Source of the DNA: Chrysomallon squamiferum
Lineage: Eukaryota > Animalia > Mollusca
Direction: 5' to 3'
Assembly (NCBI GenBank): GCA_012295275.1
Contig: CM022670.1
Coordinates: 8,556,001-8,620,000, forward strand
DNA: 64,000 bases
Shown: positions 49,601-64,000 of the stretch, piece after piece
How positions within the stretch are numbered: position 1 is the stretch's first letter
Layout: every line of letters starts with the position of its first letter
Position numbers and translations under genes: made by a program
Notes under the pieces: model-generated
The model's database searches: none
Told to the model about the DNA's origin: nothing
Seen by the model: the letters and a program-made list of their open reading frames with translations, nothing else

Positions 49601-51689
49601 GTTTTCAACGTGGTGTACAATATTGACGAGATTTCACCAGTACAATAAAAACTCGACGTGTTTTTAAGCCGAGTCCTTGTTTGTTACATTTCGATACAAT
49701 ATACTTCTATTGTTGGCCAAATTTGATTTTGCTGGCGAGCACCAAACTTATTAAACGGTTCATTATATTAAATGCGACGAAAACAATTTTCGTCGACCAT
49801 TTACAGCACTGTGAGCTATTTTGGCTGCATTGTTCACAAATAATAGATTGTTCGTTTGTAGGCATTACGGATCAGCGGAGATTAGTAAGTGAGCTTTTTT
49901 CAATGCCCCCAAATGGTCTTCCTTCATTTAATAAGAACAGTCACTTAACACTACACCATAAAACCCCCAATTTGATACAACACATAAAGATAACGTTGTT
50001 CCGCATGACTGCCGTGTTGAACGTGACGGAGGTAGCAACATACCCGTTACGTTAGCGGCTTGTTTTACAATGATACGCTTCAGAATTTGTGGAGGTCTTT
50101 TATACGCTCGTAAAGTGGTTCGCATTCATTGTAACAGTGAGTTCAAATGCCACTACGCTTTTAATCTGGTGGTGATAATTGCAGGTTAGAAGAAATGTTA
50201 CCTAATAGCATTGAAATCCGTTTTAGTTGCGATGTTTTATAAAGATTTTAAAGGCATTTCAAGAAATCGATATAGAATACTGTCTTTAACTTTACCTTTT
50301 TTTTTTTTTTATTTTTTTTTTTTTTTTTTTTAAATTAAAAAAGTTGAAAAACCTTTTTCCTATTAATTTTGGTCTATGTCGAAGATACCGAAGTAGCTAC
50401 TTATAAAGATAATGTTTTTTTTCTTATGTCGGACGGATTGTGAAAGCTAAGTTCACGATATCTCGTAACAACAGAAATAATGCAAGTCTAAACATTTGTG
50501 GAACTAAATGAACCTTTTGTAAGAAGGGGAATTATTTTCCTTTCCGTAAATATTTGTAATGGTAAATATTTTACAGTAAAGACATGAAAACAACAACAAC
50601 AGCACTTATATTAAGTATCTCATTGGCAGATTGATATTACACAATAAATAAATAAATAAATAAATAAACTCTTTGAATAAAATTTAATATAATAAGTTAC
50701 ATCTCTTTAATATATAAAGCTTTCACTGAAATACCACCAAAAAAATGTGTTCAGAGAAGAATACTTGCGCATCAATACTGAAACCAACATATACACATTT
50801 CTTACGTTTGTATTTATTTTCCAATGTAATGATTAAAATAATGCACTTTACTGTACAAAGACAAGGCCCTCGATCTTCTAAATGGTCTGTGAGCATGGAC
50901 AATACAAATTACGAGATTACAGTGCTAAGAATTTCTTGGTCCATAAGGGCCTCTGAAAAAAACCCGGCTATAAACCAAAGTTAGGGACATACAACGTCAG
51001 AACATTACCAAAACTCTTTTTGTTTTTATAAACAGTTAAACAATGGAACACACGCTGTAATTAACTGTTGGCTATAGCAAATTATTATTCTGTGCATTTT
51101 TGTAATAAATAACTTCAAAGACAAGTTGTTTTTAAAATTATTATGAAAAAAATAAAGTCATGCTTATGAACAATACATAAATACATATAATTACATTTCT
51201 TTTTTTTTTTAACATTATTTTACTATGTGTCTGTTATATATTTTTTTCTATTTAATAACTCGCATTCTAAAGGATTATAAAATTAAGAAATAGCTTATGT
51301 CAAACGCATATCCCATGCAACGATTTATGTTCTAATACATTGAACAAACTAGTCATTACGTATTTTATTTCAGAGTTGTACATTTTTATGACTATTGTTA
51401 TTTTTTTACCAGAAACTAATAAATCATATTTTGTTTTTCTTCCATGTACTTATTTTCTTTATTATTCATATTTTTTTCTTTATTCTATTACTTATTTATT
51501 TAATATTTTTCCATTATTTTTTTTTTTTTTTTTTTTTTTCTGATTAAGTAACTGCTTTCAAGCTCCCAATTCAGTAGATATTATCCAGAAGTTTAATTTA
51601 ATTTTTTTTTCATTATTTACCAGTTTATTAATCCCAACCACTTTTTTCGTATGTTTATTTCCCCAATAAAATGTTCGACTCAACCAGTA

Positions 51690-51810
51690 ATATAATACTG
51701 GTTTGGAAAAGACACTGGTATGTGATGCTATGCCTGCGGGATGCTACATTTAAAAGATTCCTCGCTGCTAATTGATAAGAGTAGCTCATAAACATCCCAC
51801 AATCTCCTTT
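51690..51810 (+). mobile_element. SINE-like fragment, probably the same family as the cluster intron remnants, in opposite orientation
   Basis: GGTATGTGATGCTATGCCTGCGGGATG...AAAAGATTCCTCGCTGCTAATTGATAAGAGTAGCTCAT. Its reverse complement (CATACCAGTGTCTTTTCCAAACCAGT) aligns loosely with CATACCACGCCTTTTTTATTAACAGT at ~3375. Family assignment from recall only. Confidence 0.45.
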
Positions 51811-52115
51811 CTCATATTACTATTACAGAGTAAAAACTATAATTGAATATATAACTGAATCAGCATATATATTAAAACGCATTCGTTCTGAAGGATCCAC
51901 CCATTTCATTTCTGGTTGACAAAACGATTTGTAGTTCATTCAAATTAAAATAATATAAAATTAAATTAAATTAAATTGACATAATCACAAAAAGTGTTCT
52001 ATTTTATTGAAAATTAATTAATATTTTGAAAATTATTTTGTATAGATTGTATAGTATACTACTGAATATTATCTTTCTTATTTTAATCTTGATCTACTAG
52101 ATCGTTTAATAATAA

Positions 52116-52146
<31 letters not shown>

Positions 52147-53046
52147 AACAATAGCAAAACCAATTAAAAATAAACAAAACTACAACAGTACTACTATTAT
52201 TACTGCTATTACTACTATAATGTTGTAGTAGTAGTAGTAGTAGTCGTAGTAGTAAAGGAATAAAAGAAAAAAGTCATTGGGTCAGTTTACCATTACTGGA
52301 AACTGAATCTTTCTCTATTTCAGTCCCTTTTTTCTTTTTCTCCTTTCTTTAAAATGTTTTTTTTTTTTTTTTTTTTTTTTTCTTTTCTTTAAACTGTTAT
52401 CTTTTTTTTTACTTCCAGATATATACCACTTTATTAAAACCGTTTAAATCTTTTGCGTATCCATTTTTTATTATCGCAGTATACAGTTATAAATCTATAT
52501 AATTCATGTTACCAGTTTATGTAGTTACTCCATAACTTCACGACTGAGTCGGCGATGTCAGGGACACTCATATGTTTATTCTTAGCATTAATAATAATAA
52601 TAACTATTTAAAATTCACCCAAAATACAAGAGCACGAATGTAACAAATGCATTTGTCGCTCGCCGAATAACTGTTCAGCAGTAATAACCCGCTTTGCCGC
52701 CCGACGACAAAACTATCAGTTTACAAAACCTCTGTACCTGTTAAGGAACCGACCATAAAGCAAAAAAACACAAATAATTATGACAGTAGAACCCTTTATC
52801 GAAGCCTTCCATTTCTTCTAATTAAGAAAAATATAACAATAACACTGAAATAAGAAAAAGATGGATGTGACCAGCAATGACCTTCACCACACAGTGTTAT
52901 TTTTTTAATTTTATTTTTTTGGCTTGTTTCTGTGTTTTTACCAAGTCTGAATTACAGCTGCAACGAAACTGTTTTGTCGTTATTGTTGTGGTTTATATAT
53001 TGTTACTGTTGTTGTAATCGCTGTTGTTGTTGTTGATGTTATTGCC

Positions 53047-53160
53047 GTTTCCATGGCAAAAGAGAAATTAACAAGTTTAACTATGTAATGAGAGAAGTTT
53101 AGAAAATCTATATAAGACCTCCCCCCTAGACTAATCGCGGTTGCCTAGAGACGGTAAACA
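53047..53160. promoter_or_regulatory. Paired RFX X-box-like motifs plus a forkhead site
   Basis: GTTTCCATGGCAAA (53047-53060), GTTGCCTAGAGAC (53140-53152) and GTAAACA (53154-53160). Confidence 0.4.
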
Positions 53161-54661
53161 TCCCATTAAAAAAAAAAAGTAATAATGAAAAATAAAAAAT
53201 AAAAATAATAATAAAAAAATAAAAAAAGTAAGAAAAAAGGAACTCTACACGTGAAAATATAATGGTCTCTGCATTGAAGTAGTCTGTAATTGCCCTGTCA
53301 GTAAAGACAGATTAGAAATGCCACGTGATTAGAGGTTTTGTCAAGAGTGATGAAATAAAATCAACTATAAATAAAGCTAATGTCTTTGGCGTCATAAAAG
53401 AAAGAAAAATTAAATAACTGAAGTAAATTGTGCTGCCGATATTCAGTGTAAAAAGGCGGAGAAAAACTCCAGCTAGAGCGTATAAACTGACATTTTCCGA
53501 TAAAGAACTGTTCGAGCTTTAGAGCCTATTCTGATGCTTTCTTTACATTTTTTTCTTTTTTCTTTTTTGTTGTTTATGTTAGGCTAGCTAGAGAATGTAC
53601 AAGTATGCTGTTACAGTACACTTTCGTACTGAATAAGCAAACAAACGAACGAACAAAAATAAATAAATAAATAAAGAAGAAGAACAAAACAACAACAAAA
53701 AAAAAAAACCAACAGATTGCGTCCAACAACAGTATGAATAAATCTATAATATTATGTGTGTAAATATCTATAATATGATCCAAGAACGCCAGACGCAACA
53801 TTAACGATACCTGTCTGTGAAAGAAAAAGAAATGATGATGATGATTGCAGATTAAATCCAAAGCGCTTGCACTTGTCGAGTGAATGGAATTCTGGGAACT
53901 CTTTGGTTTAATCTCACTTCCCTTTTCACTGAAATATGATACACTCACGGAGGATATTGAAAGCGTATATAATTTCCATTTATTAAATCTACTAAAATAA
54001 ATAAATAAATAAATAAATAAATAAAATTAATATACTTTTAAAAATTTATATTTCTTTAATTCATCTATTTAAAGCATTTTATCAAAAGGTATTACATTTT
54101 AAATAAATGAATAAATGAACAGTGAGAGACAGACAGACAGACAGACATACAGAGAGAGATATATACTTACAATAATGTGAAAAAAGGTTTAGTGTATGAA
54201 CTAATCTTAAAATGGAAATTAATACTGTAAAAATTCGTGTTCGGCTTGTACGTATTATGTTCACAACCAAACAGTTTAGTGCTTATCTGTGAATGTATGG
54301 TTTCATTTTACACGTGTCTACATATAATTACCCAGCCTAAAACTGATGATATTTGTATTGAAAAAAATACTTACGCTGACATTTATATTACCTTTACTGC
54401 TGTAAGCAACAGTAATATACAGTTTCCTGCGTTATACAGTTCTTTAATTTATTATTTTTTTTTTTTTTTTTTTTTTTAAATGGTATGAGTTTCGCACTTT
54501 ACTACTTCGAAGGTGGCAGTGGTATGTTGACGTGACGTAACTGTAAATCTGAACAGCCCAACGTGTCTAAATCGATACACCTCTAAAGTTATCATGTCAC
54601 TGTGCTTTTAATTTTTTCTTTAAATGAATTTATTTATTTGTATTTGTCAGTTTATTTATTA

Positions 54662-54711
<50 letters not shown>

Positions 54712-54813
54712 CAACAATCGATAATGATGGTTGTGATAGTGGTAGTGATGATAACATTGATACACTAAGAACAAGAATAATCATAAACAGTCACCGATTA
54801 GTGGCCATGTAAA

Positions 54814-54849
<36 letters not shown>

Positions 54850-55217
54850 TAATTTCACGACAACTGCTACGATTAACAGTACGCCATAAACCGCAGCCAG
54901 CTTCATATTTAAAACCTTGGGAAGGATTCTTGATTAAAACAATAGTTTAAACCAAAAATTTGTTATTATTTGGAATGTAATTTAGTCTGAATGGCTGCTG
55001 GCATAGTTGCGTGATATGTTATAGAATAAATGCTCTTTAATGCATTGGTGTAACTCTTTCTATATCCAGTCGCTGTCTGATAGATATTAACTATTATGAT
55101 ATATACTATTCTAAATATGTTAATAAATTAAAAAAATAAAATAATAATAAAGGTAAACCGCGCATAATAAATAAACTATTAATTATAAGAAGGTTTAAAC
55201 ATTAAATAAATTTCATC

Positions 55218-55249
<32 letters not shown>

Positions 55250-57745
55250 TCTTCATAATAATGTTGAAATATTTCTGGGATCATTCAAGAAATACCCAAC
55301 AGAAAATCGATTTTCTTTTTAACTCTCTTCCACTTATTAAATTTAATGGTTATAATGTCAGTCGGAATCAAACAAAAGGATACCTTTTCTGAAAGTCAAG
55401 GAAATTTGTTCCATACTTTTGTAAAGGTAACAAAATTGATTAGAGTGGGAAAGCTAAGCGACGTAACAACTGAAATATTTTTATTATTATTGTTTTTTTC
55501 TCTTTTGTTTTTCATTTCGGTATATATTTGTCAGGACTTTAAATATTTCAGTATTTCTTCACGGAACACGTCACACTTTTCAAGTTTATATATTTATATA
55601 TTAATTCATTCATTCATTTTTTCATATCTGACTAAACTATAACAAAAACAACAGATTAATACCTGTCTTAATGTGTTATTAATACAAATGAGAAAAACAA
55701 TATATAGAAACAAAAAAATCTATAAATCTAACCTGACATTTTGAAGTCACTTCTGGTTTTGCTATGGAATTTTCTATCGTATTAAATTTATTAAATGATG
55801 TCCTGCACAGTACAGAACTCATGGGCATAACTTGTCGTCTGCTACTTGCCATATCCCAGCCAACAGTAAGCTGACATCTGTTGCCTATCGAGCGGTTTAA
55901 GACGTAACCAGTATTTTTTTTCCTCTAAGTTACTTTATTTAGAAGAAAACGTAACTAAAAAGTGCACTGGTACTGGCTACTGACAAAAAAAAAAAAACCC
56001 CACAAAACAAAACAAAACAAAATCAAGGTTATATAACCCAGTTCGACATAACCTGAAATAGATAATTAGTAAACAGTTATGTTTGATGTATAGTAGACTA
56101 ATTAATCTTAGCTGTTTGTGAGGTAACGAAAGCCTTTAATTGTCCGTTAATAAAACAAGTAACATTAATTTTCCGTTAATAAAATCCAGTATTTTTGTTC
56201 CGTATTCGTAATATTCGCATTAATGTCTGAATATTTTGGTAAATTATTTAATTCTGCTTTGAGAATTCTATAGACCATGAAAAGAATAATACCACAAACG
56301 CAATGAAACTTGGACATTAACAACAACTCGATTATAATGAAATTGTTCTAAATATCTGACAGTTACATGAATGAGGAGCACTAATTTATTTCATTTTATT
56401 GAGAGATATTCTAAAGATTATGCAATTCATACTGATCTACCTACAGGTAAACACATACATATATACACACATATAGACATACACATAAAGTTTTTTTTTA
56501 GTCTTATATATGTTTTAACCACATTTCTTATTCAAATACAAATGCTTAGAATTACCAACACCCAGACTTCATACTGGGACGGTAGTGGATTTTCGTTCTC
56601 ATAATTATTATTCATCTGCATACGTGAATAAAACAAATATAACAACAGCAAATATTAAGAATATATAAATAAATCATCTTTTTTTTCTCCTCCTCCTCCT
56701 CTTCCTACTACTACTGTTGCTACTGCTACTACTAATATTACTACTACTATTACTACTACTCTACTACTACTTCTACTGCTACTACTACTACATCTGATAC
56801 TGGTACTACCACTAAAATTATCAGTAATACCTCACCAATATGACATTAATATGAAAGAATTTATTAAGAATTGGATAATTAATATATAATTATTAGAAAA
56901 CAACCTAAATAATTATAATACATTCATAAATAAATAAAATAAAATAACCTTTGAAATAGCTAGTTAAAATAGTTCGATCTCTCATGAAAAGGTAGAAAGT
57001 AAAACAGAATACGATTATTTAATATATTCAAGTATATCCGGATCCGGAATTTTTTTTTTTTAATTTTTATTTATTATTCTCTCCTCAATGAAATTAATAA
57101 AATTTTAGAAATGTATATCTGTTTTGATAACATGTCATTTATACTGTAAACTGTTCTCTGTTGCAATTGTATAGACATTTTTCTTGATGTTGCGTTTTTC
57201 ATTCTATGGATACCAGTCATTTTTCAACTCGACATCTAGGCTAGTGTCAAATGATAGCACTTTTAGCAGGCTATCTCTCGGAAACTGCTGTTTGTTTCTT
57301 TAATGTCACTTCATTGATGATGCGACAGTAAAATTTACAGGATGTGCTTGCATTCTAATTCTCACTTTGTGATAAATAGAAGATAAATTTTGATGACAAA
57401 AAATATAAAATATTTGTAGTGGGGGAGTTTCAGATTTGAGCAGACGACATTCTTGTCCATGAAAAAGAAAGAAAAGGTGAGGAGAAGGCTCAAAAGAGAG
57501 TGAAATATATTTAAGATATTTTTTCTTCTTCTAGATAATCGTTTTGTTTCAGTTAGATCTGAGGGCTAAATTATAAGGATGCATTTTTGCTATCATTATG
57601 ATTTTTTCTTGTATGTTATTTTAATTCATGATGTAATAATAAAAGTAATATACATCAGCTAAGTAATTTCATTTGAAAAGTTGTACAGAATAATTGCAAT
57701 AAATTGAAAATTACAAAATATACATAATAAAGTAATATTTTCTAT

Positions 57746-57783
<38 letters not shown>

Positions 57784-57809
57784 TTACAGTTCTGATTATC
57801 ACATTCAAC

Positions 57810-60800
57810 ATGCCTTTGCTTGGTGCATCAAACCAGTCAATCATTGAGCAGATAAAAGGAGAACTTCCAAGATCTACAGTTTACTATTTATTGATTGCAA
57901 TAGTTGTAGCTCAAGCATGGACCGTGTATCTGACCTACTACAACTCTAGGGTTCTAGGACTTATCACCACTCTTGTTATTAACAAGTTTTTTAAATATGG
58001 ACACATTAAGTTTGGTAAGAACATTTTTCTGTTTTTACAATAATAGGTTGCTATTTTAAAAAATAATAATAAGAAAAGAAAAGAAAAATAAGGCTTTTAT
58101 ACACAATGATTGAATAATGAATAGTAAAGCATTACATAATTATTAATAATGTTATGTTTAAAGATTTTCTTTTTCAAGGTTTTATTTACATGTGTGCCAT
58201 TTTTTACCTTTTCAAATGTTTTGAAACTACATGGGTTTTGTTTTGTTTTTGTATTCTGTTGTAAGAATGCAACTAGATTAGAAAGATGTAAGTCACTAAA
58301 GCATTTTATTTCTTTAACAAAATAAAGCTCTAACACTAACAGTGACCTAAATCATCTAAAATATATATGTTGTTATAAAAATTTTCCATTTCTTGCAGGA
58401 TCATTTTCATTTTCCATTCTGTCTGGAAAGATTATGTTCAGAGATTTCCATGTGATAACTGAGGATTACTCACTGCGTATCCAGTATGGGTGGATTATAT
58501 TCCGCTGGTGGCGCCCTTATGTGTATAAAGAAATATCAGAAGGTTTCCATTACAATAACAAATACTTACTTATTCAGAAGTTCATTTAGGGTTTAAGGCA
58601 TCTAGGGCAAATAAAAGTATACTACTGTATACATTTTGTGTTTTTTAACCTAAAGAATGTCTGCACATTCTTGTGATCTTGTGATTATACCTCATGCATG
58701 TTTTGCTGTTTTTGCAATGCAAACATGTCATGTACTGTCAGAATCCTAGATCTAGGCCTAACCAAAAACTACAGGAACAGATGTAAACATTACTTTGCAC
58801 AAAATACATAAAATTATATTGAAGTCAACAGTGGTGTACTAATTAATTTACCTTGTGCTATCTTGAATATGCTGCACGATTTACCTGTGATAATAATGCT
58901 CAGCCCAGTCTTAAAATCACAGATTGGCAAATCATGCTGAACATAAGCACCAGCTGTGTAATATTACTATATTATCACCAAATTATCAACAAAATATAAC
59001 AAAGATGCTTGAGACATTTCCTTCTTTTTCATAACATCTGAAATGAACTTTATAATTTTTATTTAATTTTAAACTGTTTTGTTAACAAACACCGACATGA
59101 ACATTTACAGTTCAAAACCTTTTGAAAAAATACAAAAAACAAAAACTTAGGATAATTCTGAATATATTCACAAAAGTTATCTAACAAAAATATTACTTGA
59201 GAACTAAATTCATAACATGAAACTTGTTTATTGATATTACACCTAGCAAAGATCTTGGTAAACATTTATCAAGAAAACATCAAATATTCAAATGTATACC
59301 ATTTCATTTAAATTTTGCTTTATTTAAATATTGACCAGCATTTTAAACACCATGTTATGTCACATTTCCTCATATTCACCTGAATCTTAAATAGTTATTG
59401 CTTTTTATCCTATATATTCATATTGTTTTTATAATATTTCAGATTTTTCACATTCTGAGACTCGTATGTCACTGTACATAGACCAGTTAGAATTTCACAT
59501 TTACAATCAGTCAGCTACATATGCAAGGCTAGAGAAACTGTTTGGTTTGAAGCCAACAATAAATCCTGATGGACAGGAAACAACTTCAGAAAACAGGTTT
59601 GTTTTTGTATGTTGAATTCTTAGTGTGAACAAACAAACAAAATGTTTGTTGTGTTTGCAGTTAAATGCTTCAGCAGGAAAATACATGTTTTTGGTTGAAT
59701 TTTATAAATACCTGCTTACTGTAATGTTATTTTTATAGTATTTTCTGTAAATGATGTTCAAAGTTTTATTTAATTTTAAATTATTTTATATTTTCATTAT
59801 ATAAATATTTTCTTTAGTTTATATTTGCTTTGTCTGTTTACTTCAAATTATTTTATATTTTATTTACTTTACTTTATTTACTTTATTTGATGACTATTTC
59901 TTGGACTGTGTTTTGTAAAGATAATTAAATGGTATAAACGTATGTAACACCTGTGTCTATTTTTTTTTCTGCTATAGACAGTTACTGTGCTTTTTCCATT
60001 ACATATTTTAATTACATTTTATTTAAATTTGTTATAGGATTACAATTCCTGAGGAAGGCATACACTGGCGAGATTTGATTCCTGTGATTAAAGTGGACAT
60101 CAGCTCTGTATGTTTTTACATGTACCTGCTATAATTAAACCTTTTTAAGTTAAAATAAATAGAAGGCTGTTGCACCATTGGGAATTCACTGAAAATGTCA
60201 AAGTAAAATTGTTTAATGTGCTGCTTACAATTGAGAAAAATATCTGCATATTTATTAGAGTAAAAAGTGTACAACAAGTTTTAGTTTGAATTTTACAAAT
60301 ATGCACTAACAGTAATGTTATATTTAATTTTTATAGAGTTTTGTGTAAATAATCTTTGACGTTTGGAAGTGTCGTAATAGCATTTACATTATAAGAGTTT
60401 TTCTAGAGCACGTGGACTGACAGTTTAATCAGTAAATGAAATAATGTTTTTATTTATTTATTGCAGTGATAAAGAATTATTCTTATTATAAACTGTATAT
60501 TATTTAGCAGAAACTATATTTACAAGTTTTTTTATTTGATAATTTATCATTTGATATAGATCTGCATTAAATATTAATTAACATTTTTTATTTAAACTTC
60601 AGGGTCGATTAATATTTGGCAACTACCTGGTACCATACACTCTGATTGGTAACTTTGAAGAGGCACATGTTGTCTATACCACAAAGCCAGCTTCTACTCC
60701 GTTTGACCTGTTTATGCATGTTGTCAAGTGCAAAGCAGAGAACATGAGAGTTATGTTGGTGCCAAGTCCAAAATACACAGGACCTGTGGATGAGTACGAT

Positions 60801-61780
60801 TTAAAAAAATAGTTACATGGAAATAAAAGTTTAAAAATATAATATAAAATTATAAGAGAAAAATAATACCTGTAGGAAGTAAAGCAAAAAAAAAACAGTA
60901 AAAAATAAGAAACCTAAAAATATAAAACTCAAACTTAATTAAATTTGTTTATCTGAATTTAAAAACATTTACTTCAAAAAATAAATTATATAATACAGAT
61001 CTACGATAAAGGGAAATAAATTAGAAAATTAAACATATAAAAGTTAAACTTGTACAAAGATTAAAAAAAAAAAGCAGAAGAATAAAACTAAAAAAAAAAC
61101 TGAAGGTAAATAAAATAGAAATTGAAATGAAAAATGATACTATTTCAAAGTTCTAAGTACAAGTGACTTTTGATAATGATTTTCTACAAAAAGAAAAACA
61201 AAAGAACATTAGTTGATAAGGTATTAAATTACACAGTTCACAATTTGGGAATAAAATTTAATAATTAACCTGAAGTGAATGTGTATATATGTGCATGTGT
61301 GTGGGTAAGTGTGTATTTTATATTTTAAACTACATGAAGTGATGTCTAACGAATAAACATCAAAAACTGAATTAAACCTTTTACATGAGATAATGAACTG
61401 CCTTTTTAACTGACTCAGAAATGCTTGTTTATAAATGATTTATAATACTATTACAGACCACCTAGATACATGGGTGAAGGGTTTGTTGTCCTGCAGTCTA
61501 ATGAATTTGACATATATTTCTACATGGATGAAGCAGGTAACTATTTATCTTAAACCTAGTTCTATATATCTGTAGCAGGTTGGTCAGATTGTTTTAATTT
61601 AAATATATTTTTTTTTTAAAGTGTTTTATGTATTTTATTGTCTAACTGACACAAATAAGTAACTATTTTTAAAGTCAAAAACAAACTTCATGGTATTAAC
61701 AAAGTATTTTCTACATTTAAAAACTAGAATTTTAATTTTGACATTGTTTTTAATTTATTAATTAAAAAACATTAATAAAG

Positions 61781-61822
<42 letters not shown>

Positions 61823-63692
61823 TATTTGTATGATTGTTTTATTATTTCAGGACTTGTTCCCCATGAACCAGAGTTGATGGAGATGGCTGATGGTGAAGTG
61901 GTTGTCAAAAGGACATATCCTTGTTATGGAATTGACATCAAATGTGGCAAAAACACAGATTTTAATTATGGACCTTGGGTTGACAGACAAAGGTAAAAAA
62001 TTAATAAAAAAATTAAGTGTCTGAAACATATTTTGATGTAGCAGAAATTTACTACCATATAATAATAAAATATGTTTGTTAATTACAATATACTTAATGT
62101 GGTACAAACAAATAGCCTAATTAAATTAAGTGTACATCCATGGACATTGTTTTATTTTTTCTCAGAGTTTTTTTAAATTTATAAAATTACCTCAAAATTT
62201 CAAACATATATACCATGTATTCCTTTTTTAAATAATTTGTTTTCTGTTTTGTTGTGATGGTTTTGTACAACTTGTCTTTAATTATCTTTCCATTTATTAA
62301 AATTTTACAGAGAACATCTGTGGAAGTTTTTCTACCCAGCTGACTATCAGCCAATGGTTCCAACCATGGAGCCCAAGCCAGGGGAAAGACGGATATACAG
62401 GACATTTGAACTGAAAATGACCATCATTGCTGCTACCACCATGGACATACTTTTTACAAAGAACTCTGTATGTACAATAATTTTATATATTTGGCTTAAT
62501 CTTACATTAAAAGATTTGTTGTTGTTTTTTGCTGTAAAGAACATCCAGATAAGTAACATCTAATAGTATAGTATTTAAATATACCATTTACTTCAGTTTT
62601 GATTATTTAATCATTCATTGTTATTTTCATTAATATTGTAAACTGACAGATTTTAAATAGTCTGAATTAGTTGTGGGTTTTTTCAAGAAAAATGTTATTC
62701 TTACATTTATATAATTTATATTATTTATTTATTGAATTAACTGTATATTCAGAGTTATTTTTTGCAAGTATTATTTAATTATAATGTGAAAAAGGTTATC
62801 AGCTTAATATTGTCAGCTAATAAGATTGTATTAATAGTATCTATAAAAATTACATTAAAATGTCTACAGCTTCATAAGAACCAGTTTACAACATTTATGC
62901 ATAATAATCCATAGTCTAGCATATTTAGTTTATTTAGAATATTCTGCTGTGTGTATGAATTTGTTCAGGATTAAAGAATAAATGGAAAAAAAAGTTATTT
63001 ATTTTGCTTACAGATTCATTTAAACCAAAATCAATTGAAATTCTGTATAATTTCTGTTATAATGTTTATTTTTTTTTTTTCTTGCAGGAAACTCAGGCCA
63101 TACACATGAATGCCAGCCAGGGTTCTTATATTGAAGCTATCATTCCATTCATGGTAGACGAGAATGGTTATGAGAACAAGGTGAAAGGTCAGCTCATGCT
63201 GCTAGATGCTACAACCAGCATGCCATTCAGATCACTGGTGGAATGTGAAACACTGGAGGTAATTTAAAAAATACTTTTAAAAACACTTCTTATAATAAAT
63301 TTTGACCAGAAGAAAGGAATGTAAAATAAATTCATAATTAGTAAATTTTTATCAGTACAGTTGTCTGTATTTTGAATTTCAAACATTTGTGCACTTTCTA
63401 TATCTTAAATAAACATTTTGAAAAGTGGTCTTTGGATAGATAAATTGCAATAACAAACAAAATTATTACCCACTTCAAAGGAATTCTGTTTTCTTGCTTT
63501 GTATTGGATCTTTTTTAAGTACTTTTCTAGAAAGTTAAAATAGCTTTCATTCTTTTTTCATTACTTTTTTCCAGTTTGATATAACAATGAAATATCCTTT
63601 GATCTGGAACATGCATCAAGAATGGATATGTAACTTCACTACATGCAAGGCTATTGTGTATTTGTTGTTTCAACATAAACAGTTTTTCAGTG
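57810..63692 (+). CDS. BLTP1: Bridge-like lipid transfer protein family member 1 (KIAA1109/tweek/Csf1 ortholog), N-terminal part; continues right of the window
   Basis: Coding exons 57810-58014, 58399-58542, 59443-59596, 60038-60107, 60603-60793, 61457-61536, 61851-61992, 62311-62467, 63088-63258, 63575-63692, all phase-compatible. N-terminal TM followed by YLTYYNSRVLG, GSFSFSILSGKIMF, IIFRWW, WRDLIPVIKV, EPPRYMGEGFVVLQSN, TDFNYGPWVDRQR, LWKFFYPADYQ, which are hallmark KIAA1109 motifs. A probable non-coding exon ends at 57476 (AAG/GTGAG); acceptor at 57788-57789. Confidence 0.96.
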
Positions 63693-64000
63693 GTAAGTGA
63701 TTTGTTTTATTCTGATATTCCTTAATGTAATAATTGTCATTATTAAAATTCATAACTGATGATAAATCAAGATATGTGTTTTATTTATGTTAAGTTATAA
63801 ATTAAAATATTAACAAAGCCTGAGTTACTTTAATGACCTACTACACTATGTTAAAATTATAGTAGAATGCTAAGTACACTTTTATGTATAGTGAGTTTCT
63901 TAATCAGGTTTGTGTGATTATAAGGTGCCTTAGGTTTATAAATTAAACTGTCTTAGGTTTATAAATTAAACTGTCTTCTTTTTAACTGGTGTTAGCAGAT

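Noticed and set aside
49681-50160. GC-richer segment with ORFs on both strands (a GRPFGG motif on the minus strand)
   Set aside because: Interrupted by stops with no further domain motifs; perhaps an old TE relic but unsupported.
57036-57047. Palindrome TCCGGATCCGGA upstream of BLTP1
   Set aside because: May be an ETS-like promoter site, but a single 12-mer is not enough to call.

Overview
AT-rich, intron- and microsatellite-rich animal genomic DNA, most consistent with a mollusc (inference from gene content and SINE-like remnants). Most entries in the supplied ORF track are simple-repeat artefacts; the real genes are spliced and were reconstructed by hand from GT-AG boundaries and exon phases. 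Left to right: (1) first coding exon of a minus-strand calmodulin-like EF-hand gene (76-222, continues off-window); (2) a ~32-kb minus-strand cluster (1409-33281) of small secreted cysteine-rich proteins. These are built from one signal-peptide exon (MKMNVV...) plus phase-1 domain exons: EGF type A, EGF type B and ShKT-like. The cluster holds one 4-module gene, four intact single-module genes (three in a recent ~3.95-kb tandem array) and three pseudogenes or fragments; (3) a minus-strand LRRC74-family LRR + EF-hand gene (35229-42238, 5' end unresolved); (4) the first 10 coding exons of BLTP1/KIAA1109 on the plus strand (57810-63692, continues off-window). The most notable signal is the EGF-EGF-ShKT family. 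It resembles the C-terminal tail of molluscan CRISP/CAP proteins without the CAP domain, shows birth-and-death evolution, and has an overlapping splice donor/stop/poly(A) element that appears to decide whether a ShKT exon is terminal or internal.
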